A stretch of DNA of 64,000 bases from a virus (Duplodnaviria > Caudoviricetes), in IMG/VR virus record IMGVR_UViG_3300046318_000318. One strand, written 5' to 3'. The notes below the pieces were generated by a model. That model worked only from the letters and a program-made list of their open reading frames with translations. It did no database searches and was not told the DNA's origin. Both the position numbers and the translations under genes were made by a program. Below are positions 56,464 to 64,000 of this stretch, piece after piece (positions within the stretch are counted from its first letter, which is position 1; the number at the start of each line of letters is the position of its first letter).

Positions 56464-58596
56464 ATGACCATACTTTTTGCTGATGACTGGAAAAGTTATC
56501 CAGATGCTATCGTAGATGACAGAACGAACAACAAGTCGTTTGTTAGAATGGCTGCCATGTATAGAGACATGGGTATTAAAAACCATGCCTTCCCTTTGGC
56601 TTTACATAACCCAAGATTACAAGGTATAGATCCATACGACTACAGTAGTTTGACTGTAGAGATAATGGCTGATATACTTTTTGAATGTAAGAGTAACTAT
56701 TGGTACTACTTAAGAGAGATAGCCAGGGCACCTGGTGGTGCAGTAGATGATCCTATCGTTTACAGAGCCAATAGAGGTGGTATAGCTTTACCGTGGTTGT
56801 TCTTTAACCACATGACTCTATTCTTGATACAGCCTCGTCAAACAGGTAAGTCTTTCTCTTCTGACGTATTAGATGCTTATTTGTTAAACATAGGCATGAC
56901 CCATGGTAAGATTAATCTACTTACCAAAGACGATAAGCTCAGATCAGCTAACTTGATACGTCTTAAAGACATCATAGATGAACTACCTTTCTATCTTAAC
57001 ATGCGTAAGAAAGGTGATATAGCCAACACTGATAAGTTAATAGTCGGTAATCTGGACAACTCCTATGAAGGTCATTTACCTAACAAGTCGCCTAAAGCTG
57101 CTTTGAACGTAGGTCGTGGTCTTACATCACCTATTTTTAAAGTAGATGAGATCGCTTTCTTATACAACGTAGGTATTACTTTACCAGCAGCTTTGGCTTC
57201 TACCACAGCTGCTCGTGCTTTGGCTAAAAGAAAACATGAACCTTACGGAAACGTATTTACCACAACAGCTGGTAAAAAAGACGATCCGGATGGTAAGTAC
57301 GCTCATGAGCTAATGGCTGGTAGTGCTTTATGGTCTGAGAAGTTATTGGATTGTGTAAACATAGATGATCTATACAGAACAGTTAGAAAGAACTCTCCTA
57401 AGGGAGAAGCTCGTGTTAACTGTACGTTTAGCCATAGGCAGCTAGGTTATACAGATGATTGGTTAAGAGAGACTCTTGAGATCACTGGTGCTAAAGGTGA
57501 GGATGCTGACAGAGACTTCTTTAACAAATGGACCTCTGGTAGCATCACTTCTCCTTTTACAGTGGAACAATCTGAGAAAATAAGAAACTCCCAGAGATTA
57601 GATTACTACAGTGAGATGTCTAGTAAGTTTGGTTACATCACCAGGTGGTATATACCTGAGAATGAAATCAACATGAGAATGGCTAGAGGTCATTACTCTA
57701 TGGCTCTTGATACCAGTGATGCAGCTGGTGGGGATGATATAGCTCTTACCATGAGAGATGTACAGACAGGTGAGGTAGTAGCTGTAGGTAACTACAATGA
57801 GACCAACCTGATACTATTTGCTCAATGGTTGGTGGAGTGGTTTGTTCGGTTTGAGAACTTCACTTGTATTATAGAAAGAAGATCTTCTGGATCTGCTATT
57901 ATAGATTACTTGTTATTGATGCTGCCTGGCAAAGGAATAAATCCTTTCAAAAGACTCTATAACAAAGTCGTACAGCTGTCTGTGGAGAATCCGGGTCCTC
58001 TGAATCGCATAGAGAAGTTATTAAGATATAACCTATTGGCTTTACCTGATCTACTTATAGAACATAAGAAAGATTTTGGTTTTGCTACTTCAGCTTCTGG
58101 TATGACAAGCAGATCTGATCTTTATAGCAATACCTTACAGAACGCTACCAGACTTACAGCTGATAGTGTACGTGATGTGATGTTGATAGATCAGATGTTG
58201 TCTTTGGTTATTAAAAACAGTAGGGTGGATCATGCTGATGGTTCACATGACGACTTGGTTATCACTTGGATATTGTCATTTTGGCTTATCAGTAAGGGTA
58301 CAGGGTTAACCTACTACGGTATGAATCCCAAAGATATCCTTATAGACAACAGACAAAACAATCAGGACAACGATCCAGCTAAGTTAAGACAGCAACACCA
58401 GCAAGCTCAGCTTCGTATATCTATCGAGAACACAGTGGACGAGATCCGAAAAGAAAAAGATCCGTACATTATCCATCGCTTAGAGCAGAAGTTAAGACAT
58501 TTGGCTGTGAGTCTTACTGATGAGGATAAGAAAGTCCTGTCTGTGGATGAGCTGATACAGAACATCAGAGACAGTAAAAGATACAAAAAAATATAG
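56464..58596 (+). CDS. terminase large subunit (phiKZ gp25-like)
   Basis: Walker A QPRQTGKS, Walker B FKVDE, TTTAG, RuvC-like ALDTS...DD and HDDLV. Confidence 0.93.
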   Translation: MTILFADDWKSYPDAIVDDRTNNKSFVRMAAMYRDMGIKNHAFPLALHNPRLQGIDPYDYSSLTVEIMADILFECKSNYWYYLREIARAPGGAVDDPIVYRANRGGIALPWLFFNHMTLFLIQPRQTGKSFSSDVLDAYLLNIGMTHGKINLLTKDDKLRSANLIRLKDIIDELPFYLNMRKKGDIANTDKLIVGNLDNSYEGHLPNKSPKAALNVGRGLTSPIFKVDEIAFLYNVGITLPAALASTTAARALAKRKHEPYGNVFTTTAGKKDDPDGKYAHELMAGSALWSEKLLDCVNIDDLYRTVRKNSPKGEARVNCTFSHRQLGYTDDWLRETLEITGAKGEDADRDFFNKWTSGSITSPFTVEQSEKIRNSQRLDYYSEMSSKFGYITRWYIPENEINMRMARGHYSMALDTSDAAGGDDIALTMRDVQTGEVVAVGNYNETNLILFAQWLVEWFVRFENFTCIIERRSSGSAIIDYLLLMLPGKGINPFKRLYNKVVQLSVENPGPLNRIEKLLRYNLLALPDLLIEHKKDFGFATSASGMTSRSDLYSNTLQNATRLTADSVRDVMLIDQMLSLVIKNSRVDHADGSHDDLVITWILSFWLISKGTGLTYYGMNPKDILIDNRQNNQDNDPAKLRQQHQQAQLRISIENTVDEIRKEKDPYIIHRLEQKLRHLAVSLTDEDKKVLSVDELIQNIRDSKRYKKI

Positions 58597-58605
58597 AACA
58601 CAAGA

Positions 58606-58634
58606 CTCTACTCACCCCAAAAGGGTGAGTAGAG
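58606..58634. terminator. bidirectional terminator
   Basis: CTCTACTCACCC-CAAAA-GGGTGAGTAGAG between convergent genes. Confidence 0.75.
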
Positions 58635-58662
58635 CTATGTGCTTAACTTTTAAAACATCTTT

Positions 58663-59838
58663 TTAAAACATCTCAGCTTTCATGAGGTCGATTTGGAGTT
58701 CGATGGACTTGTAGTCTTCATCCCCAATGGTGGAATCTACCACATACCCACGAGGGGTGATGGCCAAGTTTACAACATGTTCGTGCGCAAGACGAATCAA
58801 GCGCATAGACCAGAAGTAATCATCCGTCATGTTAGTGAGGATGGTCTTGAAGGTACGACCGTGTGCACGGAAGTACTTGGTATTGATACTACCGTTGATT
58901 TTGTGTTGAACAAACCGCACGTAATCTCGGAAGTTTTCAACATCATTTTCACGCAGATTACCCTGCTCATCAATCACGTTGCGTGGTTTGAATTTTCGAT
59001 TGGGTGAAACAATCGAAGCTTCCGCCAGCTTCATGTTGGTGTACAGGAGTACCAGTTGCTTCAGAGTCAGATCCTTCTCATAAATGCGGTTGACTGCATA
59101 AGACAGTTGATCGATCACAGAGAACAGAGCATTCTCTGTAGGGATAAGGTCATCGCAGACTTTGTGGAACAACGAAGGTGCTGACATATAGTCATGACCT
59201 TCATTATCCACCCAATAGAAGTCCATGTTCTCCGGATACTCTAGTTTGACATTACCAAAGATACGAGCCAAGATGTCATCAGGTCCTTCCACCTTACGCA
59301 TTCCAATTATAACATATTTTTCAATGTTAGTCGGTATGGTCTTGATAGAGCTGTAAACAACGCAGTTAGCCGTGTTGCTTTTATAGACAGCAGCAGCCAG
59401 CATGGCATCCAAGCTAAAATGGTTATAAACCACACAGACTGCTGGTTTCCGCATCATGTCCACTTTTGGTTGCGGTATTGGTTTGTCGACGGTAGGTGCT
59501 TCCTCAATGTAATCAATCAAGACCACACCAGAAGAAACAGACCGACCGTGTTGATGAATGCCGTTGATCCACCATTCATTACGACCGTCGACGTGACCAT
59601 CGCTATAAATAACCGCCGGACCGTCTGCGCGATGGCGTTCGCCGTTAACCCACCATGCCTTATACCCACCACACGCTTCTTCAACAGCTGGGCCATCTAT
59701 GCGATGTCGTTTACCATGACGATACCAAGCTTTGAAACCGCTTGTCATTTCAACAGCCGGACCGTCTTCTCTGTGATATTCCCCATTCTGATACCAATGA
59801 ACATCACCGTTCGCACTTACAGTTTTTCCGTTTTCCAT
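58663..59838 (-). CDS. HRxDGPA-repeat N-terminus fused to an unrelated C-terminal domain
   Basis: N-terminus paralogous to 28371-29204. Confidence 0.8.
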   Translation of the reverse strand: MENGKTVSANGDVHWYQNGEYHREDGPAVEMTSGFKAWYRHGKRHRIDGPAVEEACGGYKAWWVNGERHRADGPAVIYSDGHVDGRNEWWINGIHQHGRSVSSGVVLIDYIEEAPTVDKPIPQPKVDMMRKPAVCVVYNHFSLDAMLAAAVYKSNTANCVVYSSIKTIPTNIEKYVIIGMRKVEGPDDILARIFGNVKLEYPENMDFYWVDNEGHDYMSAPSLFHKVCDDLIPTENALFSVIDQLSYAVNRIYEKDLTLKQLVLLYTNMKLAEASIVSPNRKFKPRNVIDEQGNLRENDVENFRDYVRFVQHKINGSINTKYFRAHGRTFKTILTNMTDDYFWSMRLIRLAHEHVVNLAITPRGYVVDSTIGDEDYKSIELQIDLMKAEMF

Positions 59839-59885
59839 GATACATTCTTTCTTTAATGAGACAGGATTGCCAGATAGAGTTTAAA
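59836..59885 (-). promoter_or_regulatory. conserved promoter-leader element
   Basis: TTTAAACTCTATCTGGCAATCCTGTCTCATTAAAGAAAGAATGTATC-ATG. Confidence 0.65.
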
Positions 59886-59898
59886 TGGTTATAAAAGT

Positions 59899-60435
59899 TT
59901 ACAAACCTATCCAGTCAAAAAGCGTCTGTGATAAATATCCTTCTTTGATTAATTGTAAAGCCTGTTCACAGGCATATCTTTCTAAGGTACTACTCAGATA
60001 CTTCTCAGGCTCATTCAGATCCAGGTAGTAATCTATAAGTTCTTTTTGATCTATGTCTAAATTACCTAGATCACTCACTAACACAGTTTTACACCACTCT
60101 GTCACAAATCTCTTACCCACATTAGAGGTAAGTAGACTTTGCACATGAGAAGGTTTTAAAGTACCTGAAACATAAACCAAAGAAGATTTAACTTCTCCAT
60201 TAGTCAGAGTCCTATCTCGTATCCACACCCAACCATTTGTAGTAAGCACAAATGAAAAGATATTGTTGTCTTCCATCGTACCTACATGAAGAGCAGCTGG
60301 AGAACCTTGTATATTACCAGAGGTAAAGTTGGCTACTATGTACCCGTTGGATGTGAATAGATCTCTTACTGTTTGGCCAGGTGTAACTGTTAAAGTATGT
60401 CTGGTGAAGTCTTTAGCTGAAGGTAGGAAATGCAT
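59899..60435 (-). CDS. hypothetical protein
   Basis: 178 aa. Confidence 0.7.
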   Translation of the reverse strand: MHFLPSAKDFTRHTLTVTPGQTVRDLFTSNGYIVANFTSGNIQGSPAALHVGTMEDNNIFSFVLTTNGWVWIRDRTLTNGEVKSSLVYVSGTLKPSHVQSLLTSNVGKRFVTEWCKTVLVSDLGNLDIDQKELIDYYLDLNEPEKYLSSTLERYACEQALQLIKEGYLSQTLFDWIGL

Positions 60436-60441
60436 GATGTC

Positions 60442-60846
60442 TCAGTGAAAGCAACGATCTTCATTATCTATGATTTTAGATAAGATATCTGATTTGTTAA
60501 AAGATTTGACTATTTTAAAACTCAATACATGTCTAGACATGTATGCGTTCATTTCATTTACAACTTCATGTTTTTTGATAGCCAGACCTCTTTTAGTGGA
60601 AGAGGTAGCTAGTATCTCTTTATCGTTTTGATTTAAAAGGAAATAGTGAAAGAGGATATCTCCATCTTCTGACTTTCTTAAAAACTCTTTGGAGTTTAAA
60701 TAACAGAGTATAATGTTTTCAGAGAAGTTAAATCTGTTGTTATTCAGAAGAGCTTGGGTAAGTATATACTCATTACCTTCTGACTCTGAGGCTATGAGGA
60801 AAATAGTAGATTCTATATCTTTGAAATTTCTGATACCGAAGTTCAT
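60442..60846 (-). CDS. hypothetical protein
   Basis: 134 aa. Confidence 0.65.
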   Translation of the reverse strand: MNFGIRNFKDIESTIFLIASESEGNEYILTQALLNNNRFNFSENIILCYLNSKEFLRKSEDGDILFHYFLLNQNDKEILATSSTKRGLAIKKHEVVNEMNAYMSRHVLSFKIVKSFNKSDILSKIIDNEDRCFH

Positions 60847-60892
60847 TTTAAGGTTACGTTAAGTTATATCAAGTTATAAAGATAGGGTATAA

Positions 60893-60926
60893 AAGTTAAC
60901 AGAGAGCCTAGGCTCTCTGTTAACTT
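60893..60926. terminator. perfect 34-bp palindrome, probable terminator
   Basis: AAGTTAACAGAGAGCCT|AGGCTCTCTGTTAACTT. Confidence 0.7.
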
Positions 60927-60942
60927 AAGTTATAAAGATGTA

Positions 60943-63900
60943 TTAACCAGCGCCGTTGTCTTGCGGTATAATAGGTGTATATGTTCCTGTTAGTATTTGA
61001 ACACCATTTCTATATATATACCAACTGTTAACAGTTAATATACTTGGATGTTGAAATGGTAAATTAGCATTATATTGACCAGAGGCGTTAAGCCCAAGAG
61101 TTTGTGTGTTTTGTCCAGATCCCACTGTCATTGTCAGGACTTCGTTCGGTGTCCCGTTTATTATATTGACAGTTAGATAGTCAATAACATAATTAACTGG
61201 ATTCCCGCTGTTATTACCTTGATAATTAACGTAGGATTCGGTGTAAACACTAACAGAAGATCCAGATAGTGTATAACTAGGCGCGACACCTTTCAGCATT
61301 AAAACTATCGGTGGGTCACTTCTAAATAGATTACTTGTATTAGAAGCCTGGTAGGCTCTAGCTCTTACAGATACGGCAACATCACTTGTCCCAGGGTTAC
61401 TGTGTGTGACAGTGAAATTAAGAGTTCGTGTTGATGAACCTGATATAGGCATAACCTTAAGATAATAAGTAGGGTCTAAATCGATCCAGCTGGTGCCGTC
61501 GAATCCTTCTATCTGTGCGTTAACATTACCTAAAGAATCAGGTGCTCCATTTACAACAACTGTGAAGTTAGCTGTGGCGTATGGGTTTAAAGTAGTGGGT
61601 GATATACTTAAAGTCGTACCTGATATATTTACAGGAGCTGTATACACAGCAGCTGATACAGTACTACCTGGGTATTTATTTGTACCTGCATTTGACACAG
61701 TTGCGCTAACGGTATATGTAGCAGCAGTATTGTTTAAAGGTATAGTGAACCCTAAATTTGTGGCATATGTATTATTAACAGCAGTGGCTACTATACTACC
61801 TGAACCTATGCTAAAAGGAGCCGGTAGCGGAGATACGTTTCCATTTATTCTAGCAGTAGCCGAGTATGTATAGGTTTGTCCGATCGTGGCGTTGTTTATG
61901 GTAAGACCAAGACTAGCAACCATACCTAAACCAATAACCCCACCAGGTGGATATAAATCAGCTGTCCAATTAGTATTAACAGCAGCAGCTTTTAACACAA
62001 CCGTAGTCTGGCCACTTTCTGCTGTGTTAGTGTTTGGTGTGGGGTTACTCTGTGTTACTTTGGCTCTTAAGATCCATGTAGTGTCTGTGGCAGCAGGAGC
62101 TGAGTGTGTTAAATTATAAGTAACACTCCTGTTACTTCCGTTTGTTATAGTCCCTACACCAGCCGTTTTTGTGAAAATAGGATCTGGTAAATTAGTCCAG
62201 ACATTGTTAGTCAAATACTGTATGACAACAGTTACATCACCTATAGAAGCAGGTGCGTTAGTCATACCTACATTTATAGTGTATGCTGATAAAGGTTGTA
62301 TAGTTGTTGGTGAGACAACCATAACAACACCTGCTAAATTACCATTAGCGACAGCAGCCTGAGTCGTTGTCGTCACAGTTTTACTAACACCATTGTTAGT
62401 TATTATAACTGAAATATTCCAAGAAGCTGTTGTGTTTTGACTAGGTATCGTCAAAGACATACCGGTCGCGTTATACGCTGTGTATGTTGGCGATGTTGCT
62501 GTTATACTACCACTACCTATGTTAACACCGTTAGCTGTAGCTGTGTATGTAAATGTTTGTCCGACAGTAACACCATCCAAAATTATTCTGTAGCTTTCAG
62601 TAGCCCCTAAAGCAACCAAAGCTGTATTACCAATAACAGTTGGTGTCCAATTACTATTAACACCACCAGCTACGGTAAATGCCTGAGGGGTACTCCACTG
62701 ACTGTCTATGTTACCAGTACCTGTGTGTTTAACACGTACATAATAAGATCCACCAGCCACCATAGGTGTATTGACAGTACCTGTACCTACAGTCCAAGAC
62801 GTAAGAGTATTAGTACCACCAATCACAAACCCTGTGTTGGTAGACATGATGTTTGTAAATGAGGAAGTATCAGATACTTGCCAAGTAGACTGTATGTGTA
62901 TCAATCCACCCGAAGTAGGCGTTTGGGCAAAAGCGCTGGATGTAAACGTAGGTGTGATACTATCTACTGTAGCTCCGCCACCCCCACCAAAAGCAGCTAA
63001 TAACACACTGGGTGTATTTACTGTTACGGAACTTATAGAAAAGTTAAACGGAGTGCTGTAAGCACTTTCACCATACAGACTACCGATATACTTAACACGT
63101 ATAGCATAAGCTGTACCATAGCTCAATAACCCAGCACCTACTTGGAAAGCAGTCTTGCTACCTACAGAGTTCTGACTATCAGCTATGATAACACTTGGAT
63201 TAGCTACTGCGTATACTTCCCAGATAGATTGCAGGTGTGCGTCTAACGTAGCAGCAGGATCACTTAAAGCATAAGGGGTAGATGTAAAGCTGGGTGTCAA
63301 TATAGATACCGTAGCGCTACCGCTTACACTAGGTGTGTTTATAGTTACAGTCTTTGTTCTAAAGTTAATAGGGGAAGACCAATCACTAGCCCCTGTTACA
63401 ACACCATGATGCATCACTCTGGCGTACAACGTTGTGTTAGCTGGTAAATTTACCAGAGACAAAGACAACTTATTCGTAGCTGAGTTATTTATGGCTGCGT
63501 AAGAAGTACCGCTAAAACTAGCGTTTGTGTTAACTTCCCATGAGGTGCCCTGATGAGTATCGCCACTTGTGGTTATAAAAGCAGAACTTGTGATCGTTAG
63601 ATTACTGTCTTGCTCTATAGCACCAGAAGCAGGAGAAGTGATACTAGGTGCACCAGGCTTAAAACTCACAGCTGTGGTAAACATCACAGTAGGAGACCAA
63701 TCACTGAATGCTGCTCCACCCAAACTGCTTAAATATCTAACCCTTACATAGTAAGAAATATTTGCAGTCAGTCCAGTTATGGCTAAATTAGTAGGACTAT
63801 TATCCACTAACTTAATAACAGATGTTGTGCTGGCTCCAGGGAATGTGTTATCAGCGCTGTATTCCCACTGAGCACTTGTCATGGTATCCATACCAGTGGA

Positions 63901-64000
63901 AGTAATACCATGTCCTACATAAGCTGTAGAAGTAACAGTGATAGAGATAGATATACCTGTAGCATTATTTACAGGGAATGTGATACTAGGTGTCTCAGGC
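60943..64000 (-). CDS. large Fn3/Ig-like repeat tail or adhesin protein (start beyond right edge)
   Basis: Frame open to 64000; repeated TPS...W.V...Y..RV.Y.G...S.WS.P..F modules, S/T/G-rich. Confidence 0.8.
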   Translation of the reverse strand, partial: PETPSITFPVNNATGISISITVTSTAYVGHGITSTGMDTMTSAQWEYSADNTFPGASTTSVIKLVDNSPTNLAITGLTANISYYVRVRYLSSLGGAAFSDWSPTVMFTTAVSFKPGAPSITSPASGAIEQDSNLTITSSAFITTSGDTHQGTSWEVNTNASFSGTSYAAINNSATNKLSLSLVNLPANTTLYARVMHHGVVTGASDWSSPINFRTKTVTINTPSVSGSATVSILTPSFTSTPYALSDPAATLDAHLQSIWEVYAVANPSVIIADSQNSVGSKTAFQVGAGLLSYGTAYAIRVKYIGSLYGESAYSTPFNFSISSVTVNTPSVLLAAFGGGGGATVDSITPTFTSSAFAQTPTSGGLIHIQSTWQVSDTSSFTNIMSTNTGFVIGGTNTLTSWTVGTGTVNTPMVAGGSYYVRVKHTGTGNIDSQWSTPQAFTVAGGVNSNWTPTVIGNTALVALGATESYRIILDGVTVGQTFTYTATANGVNIGSGSITATSPTYTAYNATGMSLTIPSQNTTASWNISVIITNNGVSKTVTTTTQAAVANGNLAGVVMVVSPTTIQPLSAYTINVGMTNAPASIGDVTVVIQYLTNNVWTNLPDPIFTKTAGVGTITNGSNRSVTYNLTHSAPAATDTTWILRAKVTQSNPTPNTNTAESGQTTVVLKAAAVNTNWTADLYPPGGVIGLGMVASLGLTINNATIGQTYTYSATARINGNVSPLPAPFSIGSGSIVATAVNNTYATNLGFTIPLNNTAATYTVSATVSNAGTNKYPGSTVSAAVYTAPVNISGTTLSISPTTLNPYATANFTVVVNGAPDSLGNVNAQIEGFDGTSWIDLDPTYYLKVMPISGSSTRTLNFTVTHSNPGTSDVAVSVRARAYQASNTSNLFRSDPPIVLMLKGVAPSYTLSGSSVSVYTESYVNYQGNNSGNPVNYVIDYLTVNIINGTPNEVLTMTVGSGQNTQTLGLNASGQYNANLPFQHPSILTVNSWYIYRNGVQILTGTYTPIIPQDNGAG

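Noticed and set aside
55896-56586. Minus-strand ORFs 55896-56402 and 56251-56586
   Set aside because: Overlap a plus-strand ORF that has a good SD and its own terminator within a plus-strand operon.
589-63751. Most short ORFs on the strand opposite the called genes
   Set aside because: Antisense to well-supported genes or ncRNAs, with no SD and atypical composition.
1-64000. CRISPR array, rRNA, integrase, reverse transcriptase/DGR, stop-codon recoding
   Set aside because: No regularly spaced direct repeats or such genes seen; long genes translate cleanly with the standard code and end in TAA, TGA or TAG.

Overview
64-kb segment of a nucleus-forming jumbo phage (phiKZ-like, Chimalliviridae-type), mostly coded on the minus strand. 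Core genes recognisable from motifs and synteny: SbcD/Mre11-like nuclease (partial), non-virion RNA polymerase beta-prime N-terminal subunit, chimallin, family-B DNA polymerase subunit, PhuZ tubulin, lytic transglycosylase, terminase large subunit, dCTP deaminase, dTMP kinase, a short TilS and a tail-fibre cluster. The unusual part is RNA-level biology that the ORF track misses: five group I introns and one hammerhead ribozyme can be read from the sequence. (1) Two introns bracket a 21-nt micro-exon carrying PNADFDG of the RNAP catalytic NADFDGD motif. (2) Three introns sit in tRNAs: CAU (probably Ile2, next to tilS), Arg-UCU and Leu-UAA, the last in the D arm at position 25/26. (3) The intron-bearing tRNA-Leu and an HNH gene are nested inside a second tRNA-Leu that is broken at that same position. 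Also present: three long ORF-free structured regions, an IS110/Nop-domain (TasA-like) protein without a nuclease domain, and a phage ACP plus SspB. No searches were run; protein family calls come from remembered motifs and synteny and need HMM confirmation.
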